Assembly (NCBI RefSeq): GCF_048593235.1
Contig: NC_133618.1
Span: forward strand, 149,509,162-149,573,161
Direction: 5' to 3'
DNA: 64,000 bases
Source of the DNA: Sminthopsis crassicaudata
Lineage: Eukaryota
Position 1 is the stretch's first letter; the number at the start of each line of letters is the position of its first letter. Position numbers and translations under genes: made by a program. Below, piece after piece: positions 35,930 to 48,480 of this stretch. The notes beneath the pieces were generated by a model. The model was not told the origin of the DNA. It worked only from the letters and a program-made list of their open reading frames with translations, and searched no databases.

Positions 35930-36200
35930 AATATTTTTGACTCGTGATCTTGTTTGGGATTTTTTGGCAAAGTTTTGTATAGCCAAAACTATAGTTTTCC
36001 CAGTAGTAATGTATGGCCATCGGAATGTTTTGCCATTTCCTTCTCCAGCTCATTTTATAGATGAGGAAATTTAAGCAAACAGGGTTAAATTATTTGCTCA
36101 GGATCACATAATTAATAAGTATATGAGGGTAGATTTGAACTCTTAAAGATGAGCTTTTCTGACTCCAGGTCAGTGTGCTGTGCACTATGTCCTAGATGCC
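35930..36200 (-). mobile_element. Mar1-type SINE with an internal RTE-ORF patch
   Basis: gggattttttggcaaag [patch] ggaatgttttgccatttccttctccagctcattttatagatgaggaa... Confidence 0.75.
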
Positions 36201-38269
36201 TGAAGAGTACTGTCAGCTCCTTCTAAATTTTTCATTCTAGGGCAGAGCTTTGTTGGCTATGGCTTTGGTGCCTAGCACAGTGCTTTGTGGTCCAGAAGGT
36301 AATTAGTTTGTACATATGCTGGTAATGATCTTTTCCTATCTATTTCCTAATTCTGGCTGATTTCGTGCCTTCCTAAGCTTCTACTCCATTCCTATCCAAC
36401 TAAAAGAAGGGCCTCCCCTTGTCAGTTTCTTTAGCTTCTGTGCCAAAATAGTTATCCTGACTAAGCTCTTATGAACCTTGGGGGTGACTTAAGAAAATGG
36501 GGTAGAATAATAGACTCCTGGAACTGGAAAGAACCTGATAATCAGGGATTTTGAATCCTTCTTCCCTTCTTGTGTCAAGAAACTGTTTGGGAGTCTGGTG
36601 GAGCTTATGGAGATTCTTTCTTAGAATAATGTTTTTGAATGTTAAAATGCATAGGATTACAAAGGAAACCAATTATATGGAAATGAAATTACCAAAATAT
36701 TTTTATAAAACTCAACTTTATTAGATTCGAGTTAAGCAACCTTGTTATAGATCTTGTTTCTCTCATTTTAAAGTCAGGGAAACAGATGCTCTCAAAGATA
36801 AGATGATTTGATTAACTTCCCCCAGCCAATTTTGTGTTGAGGTGGAAAATGGTCAAGTCTCCTGATTCCCATCCTGGTAGTATAGCCTCCCTACACTATG
36901 TCGTTTTTATTGAGGAGGTGGCTTTCTGGACTGCTTAAATAGCTTAAGGAGGGATTTAAGCAGTAGAGGGCTGGATCCTCTGAGAGTGAGAGATGCTAAA
37001 TATTTCAAAATATGGCTGCAGGGCTGAGGGGATAGGACTCTGTATTTGGTGATAAAGAACAGAAGTCTGTAGCAATCAAGGTGCAGGCAGCAGACAGGCT
37101 AACAGGATCCAGCTAAAGGTTGAGCCCAGAGAAATCAGCTAAGAGAGTGAAGAAGTGGGAAGTGTTGAAGGGCCTTTAGGTCAGAGGAGTACTACCAATA
37201 GTAAATTCTGCCCCAAAGGCCAAGAGGGTTTTTTGCCCTTTGAACTTGTTCTTATTCTTTGCTGTTCAGAAGGGGGCAAAGCTTCACAGGTGTACTGTGT
37301 AGGAGAGAAGTGCCCCACAGCTGAAACTTACACCTGATAGGGCAAAGGCAGAGGATGAGACTTCCCAGAAGGTTCTCACAGGCGATCATTTTAACTTTCT
37401 CGCTCAGAGTTTAACAATAGGACACATACCTTTGTCTAGGATGCTTTGACTATTGACTTACCTCGGTATTCAGTGGAGTGAACTGGGCTATGTCTTATGT
37501 TCCTTCCCCACCTCAGGTTTCTATGAATCTATGAGAATGGCATTTGTGACCCCCCTAACCTAACATCACTTGTAGCTTTTGAGAGTTTGTGGTAAATCTT
37601 AATTAGATCCCAGCTGAGAAATTTTACCTGAGCCCTCAGGTGTTGCTACCACCAGGTGCTAGGATGTATCTATTTGGTAGCAATGACTGAATAGTCTGGC
37701 AAGCTCAGGAATGTATAACCAAGATTCAGGGAGAGCACAGATAAAGACTGTTTTTCTCCCTGTTGAAAACATTTGTTAATTTCACTGTGTGAAATTTAAT
37801 TTCAAGTTTTGTTAAAATCTAAAAGTAATAAGAAAAAAGTAGGTATTCAATAGTTGTAAAATTTTTATTAATGTTTTTTGATTTTGTACCAGTCTTATTT
37901 ATGTACCGTCTTCCTTATCTGAACATAGAAAAATCGTTAAATGAGATCAACTAAACTATAATATATATAAACCCAAAATATAATATGTGAAGGTGTGTAC
38001 TACATTACGTACTTGTAGTTGTCTACCAAGGTGGTATAAGTTGTGTTACCTGATCTCCAGAATCTCCATTTAAAATTATTCAGAATTGATCTACCTTTTA
38101 AGATTGTTTTCATTTACTTTATTGAGGAATATTTACTTTGTGTAATTTCTTTTGACAAAGTAAAATCTCCAAATCACAGTATTTGAGAGTAATCGGAAGA
38201 GACCTTTTCTTGTTCTGGTTGCTAAGTCATTTTTCATGACTTTCTCATAAAGTTATTGCAATTTTGTGA

Positions 38270-38700
38270 TGCATTAATAGGAGACTAGCATCTGGGAATA
38301 AGGACATAAGTATCCCTATGGACCATGCCTTTATCACACTGATATGAAGCACCAGTTGTTGACATCTGATTTTAAGGACATCGATGACCTGGAGAATGCT
38401 AAGAAGGGGTTAAAAAAAAAAAACAAAAAACAAAACACTCCTTATGTCTGTGTCACATGAGGATCAACTGAAAGAATTTGGAGAATTTAGCCTAGAGAAG
38501 AGAAGATTCAAAGGGGCAGAGAGATACCTTCAAGTATTCCAAGGGCTACCTTGTAAAAGAGGGATCAAGTTCATCCTTTTGGCTCTAAAGGACAAAACCA
38601 AGTACAAATCCTAGGTGGCTACTTTTCAAGTATATATTATGGCAGAGATTCTTTTTGGGGTTTTAGCTGGATTAAGTAACTGCTAAAATCTCTTCTTACT
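38270..38700 (+). mobile_element. L3/CR1 3' fragment
   Basis: gactagcatctgggaataagg...gaatttagcctagagaagagaagattc...ccttcaagtattccaagggc. Confidence 0.75.
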
Positions 38701-38915
38701 CTTTTTGGAGTCAGGTATCAGGAAGTCCTGAGTCTTCCTCAGACTGGCCTTAGACACTAGCTGTGTGACTCTGGGCAAGTCACTTAACCCTGCTTGCCTC
38801 AGTTTCCTCATCTGTAAAATGAGTTGGAGAAGAAACCACTCTGCTGTCTTTGTCAAGAAAACCCCAAAATGGGGTCATGACGAGTTAGACATGACTGAAA
38901 TGACTCAGCAACAGT
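38700..38915 (+). mobile_element. Mar1-type SINE
   Basis: gctgtgtgactctgggcaagtcacttaaccctgcttgcctcagtttcctcatctgtaaaatgag...ggggtcatgacgagttagacatgactgaa. Confidence 0.85.
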
Positions 38916-39059
38916 AACACCAACTTAACATCCAAGGAAACTAAATGGTTTTTTCCCCAAGATCATACAGGTGGTAACATTGGTGATGAGATTTGGATGC
39001 AGATTCTCTGGCTCCAGAGCCATTATTCTTTTCATTATGTCACATGATTCTCTCTGTCT

Positions 39060-39680
39060 CCTCCATCTCATTCTCATGAAGTCATTTATACAAGATCAAG
39101 TATCATTAGTAAATTTCTTCTTAGATTTCAGCCTAGCATCCTAGCTTGTCAAGACTATTTTGGATCTTAACTGTGTAATCTGGTATGTTAGATATCCTTC
39201 TCAGCAATATGCCATTTGCAAATCTGATAAAAATATTAAATAGCACAGGACCAAGTGCAGATCCCTATGCTATCCCACTAGCGTCAACCTGACAAGCTGA
39301 CATGAACAGCTACCCTTTAGATTCTTCCATTTAGAGTTTTAAATTCACCTAATTGTCTTATCATTTAGTCTACATCTCTCCAGCTTTCTCATAAGAATAT
39401 TGCATGATACGTTCTCTAATACTTTGCTAAACTTTAGGTGAACCATATCTGTCGCATTCTCCTGACCCATAAGTTTAGTCATTCTGACACAAAAAAGAAT
39501 CAAGTAAAAAAAAAAAAAGAAAGAAAGATAATGAGATTAGTCTTTTCTTAATGAAATCATGCTGGATCTTGATTTCTTTGTTGTTGTTTTGTGTTTTGTT
39601 TTCTTTTTTTAAAAACTATCTACTAACTGTTTCTTTAAGAATCCTATAGAATTTTGGCAGGAGCTGAAGTCAAGGCCAAT
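39060..39680 (-). mobile_element. L3/CR1 RT-region fragment
   Basis: atttgcaaatctgataaaaatattaaatagcacaggaccaagtgcagatccc...ctttgctaaactttagg..., homologous to 27395-27930. Confidence 0.75.
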
Positions 39681-39699
39681 GATCTAGAGCCCTAAACTA

Positions 39700-40310
39700 T
39701 TCAGTCAGCCAACAAGCACTTACTAAGTGTCTGTTATGTACTGGCCACTGTGCTTAGTGGATGGAGTACAAAAAAAAAAAGGCTAAAGATGGTGTCTGCT
39801 CTGAAGGAGCTCCCAGTTTAATGGGGGAGACAACATACTAACATCTGTAAGCAAAAATGACATGTACAGAATAAAGTGCAGATAATAAAAAGAGGGAAAG
39901 GACTTGATTTAAAAGGAATGGGGAAAAGCTTCTTGTAGAAGGCAGGAATTTAGCTGGGACTTGAAAAAAAGTCAGGTGAACCAAGAAGTAGAGATGGGGA
40001 GAGAGAGCATACTAGATATGGGGACAATGAGGGAAAATATCTGGAGGCAGGAGATGTTCCAAAAACAGCAAGGAGACCAATGTCACTGAATTATAAACCA
40101 TATATTAAAAAGTAGGAGGAAAGTATGGTGTAAAAAGATTGGAAATATCGCATGGAACAAGATTGAATAAGGTTTTAAAGGCCAAACAATGAATTTTATA
40201 TTTGATCCTGAAGCTGATAGGGAGCTACTGGAGTTTATTGAATGAGGGTAGAAGGAAGGTGATATGATCACGTCTGTGCTCTAAGAACATCAATTTAATA
40301 ACGGGTGGAG
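39700..40310 (-). mobile_element. L2 3' fragment
   Basis: cagtcagccaacaagcactttactaagtgtc tail, then an antisense L2 body. Confidence 0.8.
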
Positions 40311-40988
40311 TTTTTTCACTTTATAGTTTTTTTCAATTACATATAAAGATAATTTTCAACATTCATTTTTGTAATATTCTGAGTTTCAGATTTTTTTTTC
40401 TCTCCCTTCCTTCTCTCTCCATTTCCCAGGATAGCAAGCAATCTGATATAAGTTTTACATATATAGGACTCTAAAAGAACTGACTGGGGTTTCTCATAGG
40501 AATGAATAACATTTATGAAAATGTATGGTTGATATTGTCATGTATTACAGAATTAAAGATTAAAGACATCAAGTTGATCTCATTTTTATCCCACTGGTGA
40601 ATTTTGAGTATGGTCAGTGCCCAATTATCCAGGCAGATGATTGTCAGTAGAGACATGGATAATCCAAAATGGTGGATAATCCCCATCCAATTCCCTTTTA
40701 GCTCTGGGGATGCATGCTATGATTTGGAATATAATAGATTAATAGCCTTAATCATGTTTTATTTAGACTAAGAAGGCAGTGATTTTAGTTTCCCAGAATA
40801 GATGCAAACTCTCACAGTGCAAGTGGGGAAATCTAGGAACAAGCTGGGTGGCCGGGAGAAGTCATCCTAAAATGACAGATTTGTTCCAAATCCACAGAGG
40901 AGGCAATCTGCATATAGATAAGGGAACACTAATTGTTAATGCTGTCTCCTAAATTCCATGGGTCCCTTGTTTAGAAACTTTGTACAGT

Positions 40989-41007
40989 TGTCCACCAGAG
41001 GGTGGCA
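40989..41007 (+). promoter_or_regulatory. CTCF binding motif
   Basis: TGTCCACCAGAGGGTGGCA closely matches the CTCF consensus CCAC(C/T)AG(A/G)GGGC(G/A)(C/G). It differs by one C>T, consistent with CpG decay, and lies in non-repeat sequence. Confidence 0.6.
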
Positions 41008-41477
41008 AAGACCCATAAAGATTGATGTTTTTTCTAAGGAAGCTATGGCTAGTTTAGATTTTTTTTCCTTTTTATTTGGTAATCTTGCTAGCTTTTAGGG
41101 TTAAAATTTAAAGCAAAGAATAAGAAATGGCTTTGCTCAAAATTGGTATAATGAAAAATGAAATTTATTAAGGGAATCTTATTAAATATTCTAGATACAT
41201 TTTGCTATAAAGATTTAAAGGAAAATCAGTTTGTTGAAATAACATTTTGTAGCAGTAGACTATATGATACAGTGGAAGGAACACTAGATATGGAATCAGA
41301 AGACAGATTCACATCCTACTCAGACTGATTATTAGCAAAATAATCTTTAAATAAGTCTTTGAACCTCAGTTTCCTCATCTGTTAAATGGAAATTATAATC
41401 TTGCTATGAGGAGCAAATGAGATAATGGATACAAAAATAATATACTATTTTAGTATCAATTCTTGTGGCTAGAGTTG

Positions 41478-41692
41478 GGGAGCAGGCCAATACAGGCCCT
41501 GGAATCCAGAGGATCTGAGTTCAAATCTGACCTCAGATACTTATTAGTTATGTGACCCTGGGCAAGTCATTCAGTCCTGTTTGCTTCAGTTTCCTCATCT
41601 GTAAAATGAGCTGGAGAAGGACATGGCAAACTGTACTAGTATCTTTGCTAAGAAATGAGGTCACAAAGAGTGGGACAAAACTGATTAACAGC
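41478..41692 (+). mobile_element. Mar1-type SINE
   Basis: caggccctggaatccagaggatctgagttcaaatctgacctcagatac...gagctggagaaggacatggcaaac...ggtcacaaagagt. Confidence 0.85.
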
Positions 41693-41989
41693 AAGTATTA
41701 AGTTTGAAAACTAAATCATATGCAACCTGCAAGCATCCTTATACACAGATTAGTGGACTTTATTTCTCTTTGAATTTGACATCTCTGCTTTAGATGATCC
41801 CAGACTTCTTCTTAGGAAGCCCCCAGCCCCTGCCCCTTTAAATTTGTTTTAAAAATATTCTTCTAGTAATTCTGTATGGTTTCAAATTGTGGAATAGTAG
41901 ACAAATCCTTCAAGAGTTAACATTGGGAGTCACCTAAAAGGTAGTGGAGAGGGGCAGAATGGCTAGGAGTAAGCCATATCATATTACCT

Positions 41990-42190
41990 ATGAAGAATTG
42001 CACAGGATGTCATAAAAGAAATGATTGGAAAAGGAGGTGGCCATACACTAAGAGGAAGGATTAATTGACAATAATGGGTATACCCCATTGTATCATAGCC
42101 ATGCAGTATTAAAAGATCTCAAGGGAAACCCCTGGAATGCCTCTATGGAAGATTTGCAGAAAGACATGGACAAAAGTCCCACTGGATTAG
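41990..42190 (+). mobile_element. RTE-clade LINE 3' fragment
   Basis: gatgtcataaaagaaatgattggaaaaggaggtggcc...gaaagacatggacaaaagtc resembles the marsupial RTE ORF end. Confidence 0.55.
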
Positions 42191-42471
42191 TTGTCTCTTA
42201 TACTATCATCATAGTTACATTGCAGTATATTTACTGTTTTTTTTTAAACTTTGAAATGCTCATGTGTTATTTTTGAAATTATTATAGAACATGACTTCTA
42301 AAGATCAGAGGATCTGTATAAGGAGAAATAATAATTAGTATTTAACAGGCATGTTTGAAATGAATATTTGGAATATCTTTGTTTATTCAATTTTTTTTGG
42401 TGAGAAGGGAGAACTACCTAGTATAAGATATATTGTGTTAGTCAGCAAAAAGTAAAGTCTGTGTCATTGAC

Positions 42472-42684
42472 CAGTGGTACTTGAATTCTTATAGAAATAG
42501 GTCTGCTAAATAAGGATTCTTGCTACAGCATATTAATTTAGAATACCAGAATTAACATGATGTTCTGTTGTATTTTTATTTGTTTTGATAAATATTTGAA
42601 CTTAAATATTAAAAATTTTAATCTGGTTCAGGCCCTTTGCTGGAGTGAAAATGAAACCAGTGGGTAAGGTGCTTGACACTTCTT
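42472..42684. mobile_element. hAT MITE (same family as 18520-18670)
   Basis: cagtggtac...gttctgttgtatttttatttgttttgataaatattt...ttttaatctggttcaggcc...gcttgacact. Confidence 0.7.
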
Positions 42685-43958
42685 AGATTACTAGATCCCA
42701 TTTTCTTTAACTATATGTGTGGGAGCCTTCAGAATCTTAAGAACCAGAAGAGTCCTTTTAGAAGGATCATCTAATCTAATCTTCCCTTCCTCTCCCAGCC
42801 CAAGGCCCAGCACACCTCCTCACACCCACACACACCCACACACATTTATGAAAACATCCTGAAGGGTAGCTTGGTCTCTCTGGTGTTTTTCCATGAGCTT
42901 TGACACCATGTCTTCCTCTACTTCTATGAAGAGAAGAAAGGATTCACTTTAGGTTTGGGTAGTTGGGTTAAAAACCTATGGCAGTCCAACATATTTTATC
43001 TTTGCTGTCCAAGAGAAGATCCGTGAATACACCAGACACAAAAATGGTAGAGCCAACCCAGAGTGCTCAGATCACAGAATCAACCAATATTCAAACTAGA
43101 ACAAGAAATCTTAGAGGGATTCTGGGCCAACTCTCTCATTTTACAGGTAACTAAACCAAGTCTCAGGCAAATCAAACATTGGCCCTTTGTTAAATAGCTA
43201 ATTAGTGACAGAATCCAAATGCAAACCTTGTTCTCTATCTTCCTTTTTTTTTTTTTTTTTTTTTTTAAATAAATGCTTTGGGAGTAAATTTCCTGTTAAC
43301 TAGATTGGCTGTATATAGAGTATGAAGGGGAAAGATCTGACTTTCTTACTGTTGGTCTGATGATAACAAAAATGGCACAAGGAGAAGCAGTAATGTTGTC
43401 TTAGGTAAAGAACTTTGACAAGTGGTCTCAGACTTTTCTGAGGGGATGGGTGGGCCCTGGGATTCATTTGGAGTCAAAGGGCTTAAGCAATCACCTGTGA
43501 TCTTGAACAACCTGTTGTACACCTCTTCTCTAAGTCATAGGCTCCTCATCTGTAGAATGAAGAGGTTGGACTACTTGACCTCTAAGGGCCTTGCAACTCT
43601 AAATTTATATGTAAAGAAAGTGTCACACAAGGCTTTGGGGTCCATATACTGTCTGTCACTAATTGGAGATCTGTCTTCCCACCCTTACAAGATTGAGAAA
43701 GTCAACTGTGTATGGTGTAACATGCAAGTAGGGATAGTGAGAAATAGTTTTGAATATTAATTTTTATAATTCTTTTTAAACAAATATATTGCTATGAAAT
43801 TTTAAGTCAATACAAAAATATGTCATAGCTATTTGCTCTTAAAATTAAATTTTTATTTTACATGTCTGAAAGAGCTCATTAGTTTTTTTTTTTATATTCC
43901 CTTTAATTCTCTACTAATTCATAGCTCATAGAATTTACAACTTAGAGCTCATTTAGTC

Positions 43959-44169
43959 CAGAGGTGTTAAACATGTTGCCTGTGGGGATGGCAACACTCC
44001 CCACTTCTGCTGAATCAGATTGAAATATAATTGGGAATATTTTTTAAGATAAATAAATAAAATTACAATAGAAGGTAGAAAACCACATATTAATATTATC
44101 TATGTCAATATACGGCCTATAGGGATTCTTATGTATCATTTAGTGGCCTACTTAAGTTTGACATCACTG
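43959..44169. mobile_element. hAT MITE (same family, opposite orientation) inserted in a MIR
   Basis: TIRs cagaggtgttaaac / gtttgacatcactg. TSD atttagtc / gtctagtc (6/8). Confidence 0.8.
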
Positions 44170-46449
44170 GTCTAGTCCAACAGAAATTGAGGTCAATGGA
44201 TATAAGGTGGTTTGCCTAAAGTCCAGTAAGAAGTAACTGAACTAGCATAATCTCTCTCTCCTCCCCTACCTCCTCCTTTCTCTCCCTCCCTTCCTCATTT
44301 GTCTAGCCTGTATACTATCATTTAGCAATTTCTCAGATTAGCATCATATACTGGTCTACTGGAGAGAGGATGAAACCTGAAAGAAGGTGGTGATTAGGTC
44401 CTAATTAATATGGTCTTAGGCAAAGAACATTCCTGAGGAAAAAGGGCCTAGTACAATTTGTGCTCACAGAGAGTAAGTAGGATGCTATGACAAGTCAAAC
44501 CAGCATTCAGTGAGTAACCAAATCCAAAGGCTAGGCAGGAGGTAGAAAAAGGAGTTCCTAAAAGTGGTCTAAGGCTGAGGAAGTCAGCACATCTTCCTGC
44601 AATGGGAAGCGGTGGGTGTCTAAAAAAATTACAGTTTATCAAAGCAATTTCATTCAGACAGCATTCTTTTATTGGGTGGGGGGTGGAGATGGGGAAGAAA
44701 AGGGGGATTGGGGGGTACAGAGAAGGATTGCTGGCCATGCTCCACCCTTGCTCTTCTCCTTCAGCATTTCTTTGGTCTTGAATTATTACCTAGTCAGATA
44801 CTGCCTTGGACTTGTCATGGTAATTATCTTTTTTGAGATATTTTGAGATATTTTAAGTGCTCTCTCTGCCAATGACCTGATTATTTTTGGAAGTGTTTTG
44901 ATATTTTGTCAATGAAATACCAAGTGGTATGAGAATGAAGGAAAAAAAGCATTTATTAAAAACACTAAGTGTCAGTCACTGTTCTAAGTGCTAGGGATAC
45001 AAATACGAAAGTGTAACAGTCCTTATTTTTAAGGAGCATATGTTCTAATTGAGGAGACAATACACATGGAGGAGTGGGGGTTAGGTAGGGAAGTTTTGCC
45101 CTGAGAAGTTACTGAGATGGAGAAGTAATTAATATTAATTTTATTACTCTTCCCAGAACAAATGGTGAAAAGCAGGGGATTCATGGGGAAGGGAGAGGAA
45201 AGGATTTTATGCAACAGTGAGAATTTGGTTTTGGGGATGGCTAACTATGGTAGGTTAGGTAAATTTGTAATCATGACCACTCAACCTTGAGGCAGGAGTT
45301 TTAAAGATGAGTTTATTAATTGGGGTGGGGATATGGATGCTTCTGTATTTGTGGAATATTAATCCTTGTGGAGAGATGAGGAAGCTGGGGAATTAGATGA
45401 TACCTGGAAAAACAGTCAGGGTAAATGTCTGAGAGAGACAATTCTTTTTTTTTTTTTTTTTTTTTTTTTAATTTTGTACCCAGCACATTTGCATGTTTGA
45501 TATTTTTAAAAGTTGCTTATTTTTATCTTGGAAGATATTCCTTCTGTGCAGATCACATTTTTCCTTAATCATCTGATGGTTTACCTCTGGACATGAACTT
45601 TTCTGAACTTAATGAGGCTGGTCCTTAAGATAAAGAATCATGGTTTTGTACAATCTTCTGAAAAACAATACTTTGAAAGGACCCGCCTGACCAAAAGAGC
45701 AGATCTTGAGCTCTTTTGATATAGCTTTTGGGAAGATAGAGTAACTTTCTTCCCATCAGCAGTCATGGGAATCTTAATTAGTAGAAAACTTTCATTAACT
45801 AGTCATATTGTAAATATTTGTTGAATAAAAAAAGGAAGGAATAGGAGGATCCTTGGGTATTGTATCAGAAAATGTTGTTACTTTGTGGATGGCATTTTTG
45901 GTATGATAAAAGATTAGAATATTGAATGTTAGAACTGAAAAGGAATTTAGAGTTTATAATGTGAACTTTTAATAGACTGAGATTTGGCGAGTTTATGTAG
46001 TTTACTTAAGGTCATATGTATATGACAAAATTGAAACTTGAATCTAGGTCTTTTGGCTCCAGGTCAGCACCATGATCATGGTAGTACTGCTAAATGTTAC
46101 CTACCTTGTTAAAGTTTGTAGGGAATAAGTGCTGAAAAGGCAAAGGAGAACCAGGTTTATATTATAAGGTTGGGTTTCTAGGAGCTCCATAGGATCTTTC
46201 TGAGTGCGAATTGAGATACATAATCTGATAAACAAGCTTCTCACAAAGCCAAATGATAAAAACATTTTCTTTTCTCCAGATTGCTAGCTTTTGAAGTAGA
46301 GTCAGGGCAGGCATGTTTGATAGATAATATATGACAATAGAAATTGACATAGTGGAATAAGAGGAAATAGTATCACCTTACTCTCTCCCACAACCATGCT
46401 ATTTATTTACAAAAATAGAAGGGCACCTAACTGGAAAATGATAAAGTGA

Positions 46450-48480
46450 TAAAGAAATTCATGGAGAATGACCCACAGTGGGTCATTTCTAGACCTAGAA
46501 TGGCAGTTTAATCCATTCAGTACAGAGGAGGAGATGATCCTGTAGCTCTGCCACTCCTAAAGTAGGATTTCCAATTTAGTTCAGGTTTAGTAATCAGGGC
46601 AGGGTCTGTAGACCAGAATAGAACTACTGATTCGATTAGCAGATAGGTGACCAAGGTAGGGATTGTGAACCAATTTAAACCAGCAGAGACTTCCAACTTT
46701 GTAGCAGCTAGACCTGACAACTGTATGCTTGAGTTCCAATCAGAAGAATTCCTACAATTATGTTGCCCACATCCAAACTGGGCTCTGTAGCTTTCAAGTT
46801 CAGATCAAGAATCTGAAGTTACAACATGATTTGGAATTTTCTGAAAGTTGGTAGTTCCCTGACCAAAACTATCTCTGAGATCCTTGAAGAACACAGTACT
46901 TAATATTGGGAGAATAGAAAGCAAAATCCCAGATGATACAGATCTGGACCATACAGAGTCCAACATTGCTTCAGAAATGTACAGAAATGGCCCTAGAACA
47001 AAATCTCAATTCAGGAAGTAAACTTAAAAGAATTAATAAACAAACAAACCAATTCTTCTGCCCTCCCCCCCAATAAAAAAAGAACCATTAGGAAGCTATG
47101 GATTCCTACGGTACAACCCCCCACCCCCAAGAGAATATTTTTCCAAAACATTAATAATTAAAAGCCCCAAAGAAAAGCACAGATTAACTATACTTTTAAG
47201 AGGAATTTATTTTTTTTTAAATTAAAATGGTATCAAATGGAATGAAAGTTCTAGAGGGAAAAAATGGAAAATAAAAGTTTGAAAGGAAAGACTTTGAAGG
47301 AAGATTAACAGTTTAAAAGAGGTACAAAACCTTACCCACTTAGCAAACTTCTTGAAAATTAGACTAAACAGAACAGAAATTAATGACTCCAGAAGACAGT
47401 GAGAAATATTAAAACAAAATTCAAAAGCTTAAAAAAAGGAGACAATACAAGATATTTTAATTTAAAAAACCATATAACTAAGGAAACAGATCAGGGAGAC
47501 TTAATTTAAGAAGCCATGACCAAAAAATTAAAGAATCTGAATATCATAGTTCAAGAAATCACAAAAACATCTTGGATATATAAGAGAAAGAAACAAAGGT
47601 AGAAAGAATCAACCAATAACTTCACAAAAAGAAACCCTAAAATGAACATTCCTTGGATCATTATAGTCAAAATACAGAGATCCAGATGAAAGGGAAAAAA
47701 ATTACTGGTAGCAAGAGCCAAGGAGACAGAGTTAAGATCACCAAGATTTGCTAGTAATAAGTTTAAAGAAACAGGAAATTTGGAATATAGTATTCCAAAA
47801 GACAAACTATAATAGGCTTAAAACCAAAAAGAACTTACTTAGCAAAACTGAATAGAATCATATAGGGTATGGGGAAATGGGTCTTTAATGACAAAGAGGG
47901 CTTTCAAATATACCTAGTGAAAAAAAACATGGGCTGACTATTTGAAATATAAAGACAGGAATGAAGAGAAAAGGTAAATATTAATAAGCAATTGGGAGAG
48001 ACTGTCTATATACAGACAATATTTATATTCTAATAGAGAAGATGATAACATGATCCTTGATGATGAGTGAAATAAGACTTGAATGTGATTTTGTAATATT
48101 TTAATTAATTTAATAGAACAGAGGAGAGAGAAGGAAAATGGAATACCTTGAGGACAAAGAGAAAATTTTACAAAGAAAACAGGGTAGGAAGAATAAATGT
48201 TGGACTTCCCTTTCATTTGGACTAATCATAGAAGGGTAAAGTTTGGTATAGAAATAGATTCATTAGGAAACAAAAGAGTGGTGAGAAGGAAGAGTGGAGA
48301 ATAAATAAGGATAGATTAAGAGAGGAATTAGTCATAAGCAAAACAAACTCAATCTTTGAGGGATGAATCATGAAGAAGCATTTTAAAAACAAAGAAAGGC
48401 AAGACCATATGCTTAGAGTCTGGGTAAGAGAAGAGAGGTAAGGGAATAACAGTTTGCATACATTAAAAACTTCAAGACAC
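46450..48480 (+). mobile_element. Decayed L1-family element with 5'UTR + ORF1 + spacer but no ORF2 (HAL1-like or 3'-truncated L1)
   Basis: A-rich ORF1-like sequence (gtagaaagaatcaaccaataac...ttatagtcaaaatacagag...ggaatatagtattccaaaagac...ttagcaaaactga), preceded by a marsupial L1-like 5' region. Confidence 0.6.
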
